This document shows, piece after piece, positions 18,023 through 25,915 of a stretch of 43,409 nt of DNA. Every line of letters starts with the position of its first letter. The first letter of the stretch is position 1. Origin of the DNA: an uncultured Bacilli bacterium (lineage in GTDB: Bacteria > Bacillota_I > Bacilli_A > RF39 > UBA660). The translations under genes and the position numbers were made by a program. Under the pieces are notes generated by a model that was given only the letters and a program-made list of their open reading frames with translations, did no database searches and had not been told where the DNA came from. Location of the stretch: positions 1 to 43,409 of the forward strand of contig CANPXY010000002.1 of NCBI GenBank assembly GCA_947587115.1. Direction: 5' to 3'.

Positions 18023-18916
18023 ATGGAATTGTTTATTTTGCTTTTCATAGCTGTATTTATTGTCTTATATCGAAACTACAAAGGGCAAAATGTATACAAG
18101 TATATTGTCGAGCAAGTACAGGTTGCGTATGATAAGTTTGCACCATATTCTTTTAAAGTCGTACGTGAGAAGACGAAAGAGTTGGGGCAAGAGTATACCG
18201 CACGACAATATTTGATCCAAGTGATTCTCTTTGCTGGTTTTGCGGGTATCGTTTCTTACATTTATTTCTATAATCTCTTTATATCATTACTTTATATCGT
18301 CGTTACGGTGGCCTTCATTCCATATCTTGCTTATTTACGTTGTAAGAGGGTCTATAGTGAATTTATCTTTGAGCAAGTGCAAGTTTATACGACCAATACC
18401 ATTATGGAGTTCGCTACTACGCAGTCTTTTGTCAAATCTTTAGAGGGTGTCCGCAATTCTGGAGTACTTGAAGATCCAGTACTTTCGGATGTCAGCTATA
18501 TGATCGAACTCGCTTATAAAAATGGCAGTATCGACGAATCGGTCGAATACATGAATCAAAAGTATCCGTACTACATTGTTAAAAACATGCATCAGTTGTT
18601 CTTACAGATTACCAAAGAAGGAGCACGCGATACAGGAGAGAGCTTAGATAATATGCAACTTGACATCGATATGCTCGTTGAAAGTGTCTATCGCGATCGT
18701 ATCGAAAGAGCAACTTTCCACAAGTCGTTCTTGCGTTATGGAGTCATGTTGTTCCTGATGGTAATGTTGGTACAGTATCTATTGGGAAGAGAAAGTTACA
18801 TTGCGCTTTTAAATCGTTGGTATATTCAGCTTCTTTTACATGCGGTATTAATTATCAATAGTTATTTCCTTCTCAAGGGAGAAAAATATTATAACGAGAA
18901 TGTGGGGGCTGAATAA
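18023..18916 (+). CDS. tadB: TadB-like platform protein (T2SSF domain)
   Basis: N-terminal TM helix, paired TM helices, a cytoplasmic helical domain and C-terminal TM helices. Size (297 aa) and position immediately after the ATPase fit TadB. Confidence 0.6.
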   Translation: MELFILLFIAVFIVLYRNYKGQNVYKYIVEQVQVAYDKFAPYSFKVVREKTKELGQEYTARQYLIQVILFAGFAGIVSYIYFYNLFISLLYIVVTVAFIPYLAYLRCKRVYSEFIFEQVQVYTTNTIMEFATTQSFVKSLEGVRNSGVLEDPVLSDVSYMIELAYKNGSIDESVEYMNQKYPYYIVKNMHQLFLQITKEGARDTGESLDNMQLDIDMLVESVYRDRIERATFHKSFLRYGVMLFLMVMLVQYLLGRESYIALLNRWYIQLLLHAVLIINSYFLLKGEKYYNENVGAE

Positions 18917-19698
18917 TGGAAGTATTTATTGTCGGTGCAATTCTCATCTTTATTTTGGTTTATAACAAGACGATCGATAAAGATAAATTTATTAAAGATA
19001 ACGACCCTTACTTTAAATTGTTAAAAGAAGATGACTATGATTTCTTGTGTTATGCCAAATACGGAGATGCGATCGATGTAGAGGTGTTGTTTAAGAAAAG
19101 ATTGTCCAGTGCCTTTATTGTTGCGGTAGCGTTCTTGTTAATCTTTCTTACGAATTTATCTTTGCTCAATGTGACGATTGCCGTAGCGGTCGGTTATATT
19201 ACCTTTAAATCACAGTACTTTAATTTAAAAAAATATTATAAAGCTCATCTTCATGAGATCGATATCATGTTGCCTTATTATTTGAAAAGTTTGGAGATTT
19301 TGGTCCAGCATTACACTGTTCCAGTAGCGATTGGAAAGAGTATTCCGGATGCACCTGATATCTTCAAACCAGGATTAAAGCAGTTGATCGAAAAAATTGA
19401 TGCTGGAGATTCTAGTATCGATCCATATATGGAATTTGCGAATCTTTATCCAGTACGTGATTCGATGCGAATGATGCGTCTTTTGTATCGTCTTGGAATT
19501 GGTTCTCAAGAAAAGAAACAAGAACGTCTGTTGATGTTTTCTAGGACTGTATCGAACCTTCAAAATAAGGCTCGGGAAACGAAATATAAAGAACGCTTGA
19601 ACTTCATGGAAAATCAGACGATGATCATGTTGGTTGTAACAGGTGTCGGCGTCATGTTGATCATTTTAATTTCCATGATGATGATGTTTCAGTTTTAG
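18916..19698 (+). CDS. tadC: TadC-like platform protein (T2SSF domain)
   Basis: TAATG overlap with the previous gene. IDIMLPYYLKSLEILVQHYTVPVAIGKSI...PGLKQLIEKIDAGDS resembles the T2SSF core. C-terminal TM helix. Confidence 0.6.
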   Translation: MEVFIVGAILIFILVYNKTIDKDKFIKDNDPYFKLLKEDDYDFLCYAKYGDAIDVEVLFKKRLSSAFIVAVAFLLIFLTNLSLLNVTIAVAVGYITFKSQYFNLKKYYKAHLHEIDIMLPYYLKSLEILVQHYTVPVAIGKSIPDAPDIFKPGLKQLIEKIDAGDSSIDPYMEFANLYPVRDSMRMMRLLYRLGIGSQEKKQERLLMFSRTVSNLQNKARETKYKERLNFMENQTMIMLVVTGVGVMLIILISMMMMFQF

Positions 19699-19700
19699 TA

Positions 19701-19728
19701 AAAAGAAGCAAAAAATTGCTTCTTTTTT
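19701..19728 (+). terminator. rho-independent terminator after the tadC-like gene
   Basis: AGAAGCAA-AAAA-TTGCTTCT (19704..19723) extended by A-T pairs, followed by TTTTT. Confidence 0.7.
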
Positions 19729-19779
19729 GGTCTTTCAAATTTAAAAATTTGTCAACAAAAGTAAACTCTAGTAATTTTA

Positions 19780-19808
19780 TTGTAAAAAAATAGGTTTTTT
19801 GTTATACT
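19780..19808 (+). promoter_or_regulatory. sigma-70-like promoter in front of the pilin-candidate gene
   Basis: TTGTAA (19780..19785), 17-nt spacer, TATACT (19803..19808). Confidence 0.5.
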
Positions 19809-19845
19809 AATAATAGAAAAAATAGAAGGGAGTAGATGTTATAAT

Positions 19846-20031
19846 ATGAAAGCAGCATCTGGAGAATTAAGTTTAACTGTAATTACAATTATTGCCATAG
19901 GAGCAGTGATCGGGTTCTTTTGGTTGTTATGGCCAAGAATTCAAAATTCAATTACAGGTCAATGGGATGATATTAGTAATTCACAACCTACGACTACTAC
20001 TTATATTGTACCATTTGAACATATTCAGTAA
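19846..20031 (+). CDS. Flp-sized small pilin candidate (61 aa), non-canonical leader
   Basis: MKAASG-ELSLTVITIIAIGAVIGFFWLLW: a short polar leader ending in Gly, an apolar helix of about 23 residues, and a short Thr-rich tail. It has its own promoter and sits directly after tadBC. It lacks the Flp G/xxxxEY motif. Confidence 0.45.
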   Translation: MKAASGELSLTVITIIAIGAVIGFFWLLWPRIQNSITGQWDDISNSQPTTTTYIVPFEHIQ

Positions 20032-20055
20032 CATAATAAGGAAGGTGAAGTATAG

Positions 20056-20526
20056 ATGAAGGAAGCCATTGGTGGAACAGTAACCATTGCCATCATCATC
20101 GTGTTTTTATTGTTGATTAATGGTTATTTGGCCTTTTCTGTCAACTATACAAAGGCCTTTCGTGTAAAAAATGAAATTATCAGTTTGATTGAACAGCATG
20201 AGGGGCATACTCAGAGTGCCCAGGAAGAGATTCAGGCATATTTGCGAAAAATTCATTATACTGAGATTTCTGATCAGTATTTTAATAACGTAGAAGATGG
20301 ATATACCTGTTATCGTGGCTTTGGCTACTGTATTAAATATACCAATGCCGGTGGAACAAGCAGTAAGGATGAGACTTTTAGGGGAACTTATTATAGTGTC
20401 ATCACCTTTGTTCAAATTGATATCCCTATACTCAATCGTATTTTTCCTTTGATGAATATCTTTCAGGTAAAAGGGGAAACTAAAATGATCTACAGTTCTG
20501 GAACAGATAGTGGACTTGAAACATAG
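20056..20526 (+). CDS. TadE-like pseudopilin candidate
   Basis: AAGGAAGGTGA RBS. MKEAIGG-TVTIAIIIVFLLLINGYLAFSVNY followed by a domain of about 120 aa, which is the TadE/TadF-like layout and position. Confidence 0.45.
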   Translation: MKEAIGGTVTIAIIIVFLLLINGYLAFSVNYTKAFRVKNEIISLIEQHEGHTQSAQEEIQAYLRKIHYTEISDQYFNNVEDGYTCYRGFGYCIKYTNAGGTSSKDETFRGTYYSVITFVQIDIPILNRIFPLMNIFQVKGETKMIYSSGTDSGLET

Positions 20527-20541
20527 GAAAAGGGTGGTTTA

Positions 20542-21522
20542 ATGAACGTCATAATTGCCAATCAACAAAGAGATATCTTGGCGGGGTTAGATATCGATAT
20601 TATCAAAAGTATCAATGGAGAGTTTGATGCGGACGAAATTGTGAGCATGTTTAAAAACTTTTTCTTTGGTAGAATGATCATTGATGTTACCGCCATTAAA
20701 GATTATCAAAATGTTCAAAATTTACAGAAGATTTCTATGAATTTAGATGTAGAAAAAATCATTCTTTTGTTTCCCAATACACCCGAGGTCTCTTCCTCCG
20801 GATTTTTATCAAAGATTATTTCGATGGGGTACTACAACTTTACGACCAATTTAGAGGGATTAAAATACTTGCTAGATCATCCCAATAGTTATAAAGATGT
20901 TGCACATATTCAACAGTTCAATGAACTTTCGGATACCGTGGTCGAAAAAGTTATCAGTGGTAATCATATTCTTGGTATTAAGAATGTGACGGATCATGCA
21001 GGAAGTACCACTTTGATCTATATGCTCAAAAAAGAGTTAGAGAATACGTTTTCAATGAGCGTCGTAGCTTTAGAAGTTGGGAGAAATGATTTTGCCTATT
21101 TTAATGAAAAGAATATGTTTTCTATTCAACCAGAGCAGTTTGCCATGGAATTATTGAAACATAAAGATGCCGACGTCATCTTAGTAGATCTCAATGAGTG
21201 TGAAGATGATGCAGCATGTCATGATGTTCTCTATCTAATTGAGCCAACTTCAATCAAACTGAACAAATTGATGAGAAAAAATCGTACAATTTTTGAGAAA
21301 TTAAAAGGTAAAAAAATTGTTCTTAATAAAAGTTTATTGAGCAATAGTGATATTATGGATTTTGAATATGAATCTAAATCAAAAGTATATTACAATTTGC
21401 CACCAGTAAATGAACGAAATAGAAACAACATCTTTCATGGGCTACTCAGCAAACTTGGAATTGTGAACGTGAAAGAAAATAAAGAAGAAAAAGGTAAAAT
21501 ATTAGGATTATTTAAATTTTAA
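20542..21522 (+). CDS. TadZ/CpaE-like protein: receiver-like N-domain plus ParA/MinD-like domain with a degenerate P-loop
   Basis: The C-terminal half reads ILGIKNVTDHAGSTTLIYMLKKEL...VVALEV...DVILVDLNE...DVLYLIEPTSIKLNKL...KIVLNK. This follows the MinD/CpaE order, but the GKT lysine is replaced (GST). No TM segment. Confidence 0.5.
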   Translation: MNVIIANQQRDILAGLDIDIIKSINGEFDADEIVSMFKNFFFGRMIIDVTAIKDYQNVQNLQKISMNLDVEKIILLFPNTPEVSSSGFLSKIISMGYYNFTTNLEGLKYLLDHPNSYKDVAHIQQFNELSDTVVEKVISGNHILGIKNVTDHAGSTTLIYMLKKELENTFSMSVVALEVGRNDFAYFNEKNMFSIQPEQFAMELLKHKDADVILVDLNECEDDAACHDVLYLIEPTSIKLNKLMRKNRTIFEKLKGKKIVLNKSLLSNSDIMDFEYESKSKVYYNLPPVNERNRNNIFHGLLSKLGIVNVKENKEEKGKILGLFKF

Positions 21523-21552
21523 TGTCAAAAATGTAAAGATTATAGGAAAACA

Positions 21553-21581
21553 TTGACATTTCTTTAAAAAAAAGATATTAT
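21553..21581 (+). promoter_or_regulatory. sigma-70-like promoter of the T4SS module
   Basis: TTGACA (21553..21558), 17-nt spacer, TATTAT (21576..21581), then a GTGAGGT RBS and the ATG at 21608. The -35 box is one arm of an 8-bp inverted repeat (AATGTCAA at 21521..21528, TTGACATT at 21553..21560). Confidence 0.6.
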
Positions 21582-21607
21582 GGAGTTATGAAAGTGAGGT
21601 ATTTTGT

Positions 21608-21949
21608 ATGTCAAGTTTATTTCAAATATTAGATAATTGTGAAGGATTGGCACCAATTGTTCGTTTTGTTAAATTAGGTATTTTCCCAATTATTCAAATT
21701 GGTATTCCAATTATCTTAATTATCATGGGATCTATCGATTTAGGAAAAGCAGTATTATCTAGCGATGATAAAGCCATCAAAGCAGCACAGGGTGCATTGG
21801 TGAAAAGAGCTATTGCAGCAGTAGCAGTGTTCTTTGTTGTAACGATTGTCCAATTACTCTTTGGTCTATTCGCTAGTTCAGGCGCCGACGATTCCGAGAC
21901 TATCACGGGAACTGGCGATTGGTGGTCTTGTTGGAACGATATTCGTTAA
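21608..21949 (+). CDS. VirB2/TrbC-like small membrane (pilin-like) T4SS protein
   Basis: 113 aa with two hydrophobic helices flanking GSIDLGKAVLSSDDKAIKAAQGALVKRAIAAVAVFF, the hairpin layout of VirB2-like conjugal-transfer pilin-like proteins. First gene after the promoter and followed by its own terminator. Paralogous to the C-terminus of 22034..23716. Confidence 0.6.
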   Translation: MSSLFQILDNCEGLAPIVRFVKLGIFPIIQIGIPIILIIMGSIDLGKAVLSSDDKAIKAAQGALVKRAIAAVAVFFVVTIVQLLFGLFASSGADDSETITGTGDWWSCWNDIR

Positions 21950-21955
21950 AGTCAA

Positions 21956-21985
21956 AAATAGCAAAAATATTTTGCTATTTTTTTT
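21956..21985 (+). terminator. rho-independent terminator/attenuator after the small VirB2-like gene
   Basis: AAATAGCAAAA-ATA-TTTTGCTATTT (21956..21980) followed by TTTTT. A TTGCTA, 17-nt spacer, TATACT promoter (21972..22000) overlaps the 3' arm. Confidence 0.7.
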
Positions 21986-22033
21986 ATTCTCTGCTATACT
22001 TAATGTAGATTAGTATATCGAGGAGTGAATGGT

Positions 22034-23716
22034 ATGAAATTCAACAAATTTTTATTTGGAATAATTGTTGTTTTGAGTGTGTTCTTTATTGGAAATAGGA
22101 ATGTAGATGCCACAAGTTACCGGTATTGTGAGTATCGTATTGATGCTGGTACGCTATATGGAGACGAAGGAAAAACACTTCCCCATCCTTCTTATGTTCA
22201 TATTATGTTAAAAAACGGACACCTTGTTTCTATGTCTATAGCTGACTGGTTTAAAAATGAATATGAATACTATGAAAGGTTGGTACTGTCGCGGCAGACC
22301 ACTACTGCAAACGATCGATATGACTTTAAAATATGGCTTGATATTTTTGAAAGACAGCTTGATCATTGTCCACAAACGTTAAAAGCTAAAAGAGCCTACA
22401 ATCTTCGAGACAATAATGACGATATACATGGTGAATTCACGTTAAAAAAAACTGTCGATACCTCGTATTCAACAAACTTACAGCCTCTTTCGTGTTCTTA
22501 TAAAGTTGAGTCGACTATAGAGGGTGCTTTAATTCCGTATCATAATGATGGCGACAAGCGTGTTAACAATAATATCACATTTACTTTTACATTTGATGAT
22601 CTTGAGCACCCTAGTGTTTCGGTAGAGGGAGATTATGAAAGTGATACTACTTCATTCAATAATACACTTCTTGCTGTTATAAATGAAAAAAGTTACTTGA
22701 CAGAAAGAAGACTTAAAAACCAAACGGTTGATGATGAATGGATTTATAGTTCTTATGTATATTTATTGGACGCGCTAAAAAATAGAGAATGTCCTGCCTA
22801 TGTAACTTATTATAAAAAGTGGGGTTATTATATTTCAAGTGGTCCAATTGGCTTGCAGGAAAGTCATCCTCCAGATCTAGCCGGGCAAGATCAACAATAT
22901 TCAATATATAAACCTGATTATTCCAATTATTGTAAAGAGAAAAAGGGCAAGTATGATAATGTATTAAATCAATTAGACAGTTCTATTCTAGGATCGACCG
23001 GTACTCGTACGGGTACAATTCCTAAAATTGAATCAGAATTAGATACTTATATAGCAAACAAAAATTTGACACAAGAAAAATATGAAGAATTTAAAAATGA
23101 GCTTTCATCGATAGAAAAAGGTTTAAGTGGGGAAACAGGCAGCCCTTATGCGATTTTAGGGGACATAGAAACAGACTTTAAACAAGATACTGGAAGATGT
23201 TATGAATATGATCCTGATTATTATACAAAAATGACAAATGCTGTTGAAGCATTAAGAGATAAGATCAGTGGATCTAGTGATATTTATAAAAAGTTGCAAA
23301 ACGCCATTCAAGATTCAACTGCTCTTACACAAGAACAAAAAGAAGCAAATCAATTAAGCTTACAACAACTAATGGAGCAAATTAACGAAGGATTTAAAAA
23401 ACTTAAGTTAAGTAATATTGATCAAAAACAAGATTGTACGTCTATTTTTAATTTTGATACACCAGGTAGTTTTGGTTCAATGTTACAAAGTTTGTTCAAC
23501 ATGGTTAAGATTATTGCACCAATTTTAGTTATTTTATTTGGTGCACTAGATTTTGGTAAGGCAGTAATTGCATCTGATCAAGATGCGTTGAAAAAAGCAC
23601 AATCCAATTTTGTAAAAAGGTGTATTGCAGCAGTTGCATTGTTCTTTTTACCAATGCTTATTAATTTGATATTAGAAATAATAGATTCGAATTTTACAAG
23701 TTGTAATTTAAAATAG
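22034..23716 (+). CDS. secreted large ectodomain fused to a C-terminal VirB2-like membrane hairpin
   Basis: GAGGAG RBS 8 nt before ATG 22034 (the ORF opens at GTG 22025). Signal peptide FLFGIIVVLSVFFIGNRNVDA, an ectodomain of about 430 aa with paired Cys, and a coiled-coil stretch. The C-terminus IIAPILVILFGALDFGKAVIASDQDALKKAQSNFVKRCIAAVALFFLP aligns by eye with the 113-aa protein. Confidence 0.6.
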   Translation: MKFNKFLFGIIVVLSVFFIGNRNVDATSYRYCEYRIDAGTLYGDEGKTLPHPSYVHIMLKNGHLVSMSIADWFKNEYEYYERLVLSRQTTTANDRYDFKIWLDIFERQLDHCPQTLKAKRAYNLRDNNDDIHGEFTLKKTVDTSYSTNLQPLSCSYKVESTIEGALIPYHNDGDKRVNNNITFTFTFDDLEHPSVSVEGDYESDTTSFNNTLLAVINEKSYLTERRLKNQTVDDEWIYSSYVYLLDALKNRECPAYVTYYKKWGYYISSGPIGLQESHPPDLAGQDQQYSIYKPDYSNYCKEKKGKYDNVLNQLDSSILGSTGTRTGTIPKIESELDTYIANKNLTQEKYEEFKNELSSIEKGLSGETGSPYAILGDIETDFKQDTGRCYEYDPDYYTKMTNAVEALRDKISGSSDIYKKLQNAIQDSTALTQEQKEANQLSLQQLMEQINEGFKKLKLSNIDQKQDCTSIFNFDTPGSFGSMLQSLFNMVKIIAPILVILFGALDFGKAVIASDQDALKKAQSNFVKRCIAAVALFFLPMLINLILEIIDSNFTSCNLK

Positions 23717-23726
23717 GAGGTTTAAT

Positions 23727-25580
23727 ATGGAAACAAATTCATTGGATATGTTTGCGGGGGTAAAGCCCAATTTCTTATGGAATTTATTACGAAGTATTTT
23801 GTCGTTATTGGACCGGATTGTTTATCAGTTGCTAGTTTGGGTATATGAATTATTCTTTAATGTCGCAAGCAGTAATATTCTAGCAGATGCTTCTGTAGTA
23901 GCCTTTTTTAAGAGAGTATTTTTAATTATCGGTGTTTTCATGTTATTCAAATTGGCGTTTTCTTTGTTAAGTTCTGTTGTGAATCCTGATGTGTTAACCG
24001 ATAAAGAAAAAGGATTTGGAAAAATTATTTCTCGAGCACTTATTATGCTGATACTATTAACTTTGTTGATTCCTACAGGGGGAGAAGATTTTGATGCTCC
24101 ATCTTCGGCAAATCCAAATTATACAAATTCATATGAATATAAAATTAAGTCACAAGGCTTGCTCTTTGGTACACTGTATACTTTGCAGGATCGTATTCTT
24201 TCGGAAAATGTTATTGGAAAATTGATTGTCGGTAGTTCGTCGGACAATAATTCAGAACAAGAGACGGAATTAAAAGATGTGGGGCAGGAAATGTCGATGA
24301 CCATTCTTAATGTATTTTTTTCTCCAAAAAGTTGTGCTACTCCTATTGAGACAGATACAGTTGCTGAGAAATTGAATAGCATTAATGATACTTGTTCAAA
24401 AGAGGATACGTATGCCTATTCTTACTTCCCTTTGGTATCTACGATTGTTGGTGGAATTTTGGTATTTATTATTTTCTCATTCGTTGTTGATGTTGCTGTT
24501 CGTACGGTTAAGTTAGCGGTATTGAGATTGATTGCACCTATTCCTGTGATCAGTTATATTGATCCAAAATCATCAAAAGATGGTGCCTTTGCATCTTGGA
24601 CGAAATCTTTGACTTCAACATATTTAGATTTGTTCGTTCGATTAATCGTCATTTATTTTGCTGTCTATGTTGTATCGCAAATGGTACAAAATGGTATTGA
24701 TGTAGCAGGTGACGGAATTATCAAGGCCTTGACTACCGTATTCTTAATCATTGGTGTCTTCTTCTTTGCGAAGCAAGCGCCTAATTTTATCAAAGATGTT
24801 CTTGGAATTAAGAGCCAAGGCGGTGGAAGTATTGGTCTAGCCAGTATGATGGCAGGTGCTGGAGCTCTAGCCGGAGGTGTAGGATTAGCAGGTGCTGGAG
24901 CTGCTATGTTGCAAAACGCTAATGCTGCAGGAGCTGCAGCGGCGCAAGGTAAACAGATTTCTGGCGGTTGGGGCGCCGGACGTGATTTGGCGGCTCAAAT
25001 AACTACTGGTAATAAAGATGCGCACGGTGGTATGGTTAATAATTTACAGCAAAGGGCTCTACGTCGTAGTCAAGAGAAAGCAGCAACAAAAGCAGGAGTA
25101 TCTCAAGAAAACATTGATGCTCAAAAGGGTATAGTTGCTAATAAAGCAGCTGATATGCAAAATGCTGAGGCGCAAATGCAAAATGCAAGAGCAGAATGGG
25201 CTTCTTATGATGTTGGCCAAGATCCGGGAGAATGGACTGGTGGTGCAGGACCTTCTATGCCTGAGGCCAGTCAATATAATCAAGACGGTGCCTTTGATGA
25301 AGCCGGTTATAATGGAGCTATGGAAACTTACTATCAACAAAAGAGTGAATATGATACTAAACATGCTCAATGGGAAAAGCAATCTCAAGAATATGCAAAT
25401 AGAGTTGCTGAAAAAGAAAGATTGCGGCAGGCCCGTGATAATGCAGCAAGGGATTATGCAAGTAAAAAGGATTCTTATGAGGATTCTGCTAGAACTTTGG
25501 ATGACGCTAAAGAGAGCAGAAATTCATATGTTGCTAAAAAGAATAAATATAGTAGCGATAATAAGTTTAATCCAAGATAA
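23727..25580 (+). CDS. VirB6/TrbL-like polytopic T4SS channel protein with a Gly/Ala-rich and Gln/Ala-rich coiled C-terminal extension
   Basis: AGGAGG RBS. At least 6 TM helices, then GGGSIGLASMMAGAGALAGGVGLAGAGAAM, then a charged Q/A/E/K-rich tail. Position between the VirB2-like and VirB3/VirB4-like genes. Confidence 0.6.
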   Translation: METNSLDMFAGVKPNFLWNLLRSILSLLDRIVYQLLVWVYELFFNVASSNILADASVVAFFKRVFLIIGVFMLFKLAFSLLSSVVNPDVLTDKEKGFGKIISRALIMLILLTLLIPTGGEDFDAPSSANPNYTNSYEYKIKSQGLLFGTLYTLQDRILSENVIGKLIVGSSSDNNSEQETELKDVGQEMSMTILNVFFSPKSCATPIETDTVAEKLNSINDTCSKEDTYAYSYFPLVSTIVGGILVFIIFSFVVDVAVRTVKLAVLRLIAPIPVISYIDPKSSKDGAFASWTKSLTSTYLDLFVRLIVIYFAVYVVSQMVQNGIDVAGDGIIKALTTVFLIIGVFFFAKQAPNFIKDVLGIKSQGGGSIGLASMMAGAGALAGGVGLAGAGAAMLQNANAAGAAAAQGKQISGGWGAGRDLAAQITTGNKDAHGGMVNNLQQRALRRSQEKAATKAGVSQENIDAQKGIVANKAADMQNAEAQMQNARAEWASYDVGQDPGEWTGGAGPSMPEASQYNQDGAFDEAGYNGAMETYYQQKSEYDTKHAQWEKQSQEYANRVAEKERLRQARDNAARDYASKKDSYEDSARTLDDAKESRNSYVAKKNKYSSDNKFNPR

Positions 25581-25597
25581 GGAGTGTGTGATACTGA

Positions 25598-25915
25598 GTG
25601 AATAATTATTTAATACCGGCCAATACCAATCGTGGGCGATTGATATTTGGTTTGTTTCGTAAGGAAGATTTAATTTTGTTCGGTGTTGGACTTGGAATTT
25701 CATTTGTGTTGTTAACGTTTATTCCAATGACTTCTACAGGGGGAGCTGTATTGGTATTAGCACCTGCAGCGATTTCTGCTTTGCTGGTTGCTCCAGTACC
25801 GTATTATCACAATATATTAAATGTATTAAAAGAGTTAATAGAGTTTTTGAATCATCGTCAAAAATATGTATGGAAAGGTTGGTGTTCAAATTATGGCGAA
25901 GATGGTAACGAGTAA
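25598..25915 (+). CDS. PrgI/VirB3-like small membrane protein
   Basis: GTG start. IPANTNRGRLIFGLFRKEDLILFGVGLGISFVLL followed by a second TM helix, the typical PrgI-family layout directly upstream of VirB4. Confidence 0.55.
   Translation: MNNYLIPANTNRGRLIFGLFRKEDLILFGVGLGISFVLLTFIPMTSTGGAVLVLAPAAISALLVAPVPYYHNILNVLKELIEFLNHRQKYVWKGWCSNYGEDGNE

Noticed and set aside
25135-25605. 156-aa alternative-frame + ORF inside the VirB6-like C-terminal tail
   Set aside because: It arises from the repetitive GCA/CAA-rich region, has no RBS and gives a Met/Leu/Lys-rich translation. It may still deserve a ribosome-profiling check, but I see no support.
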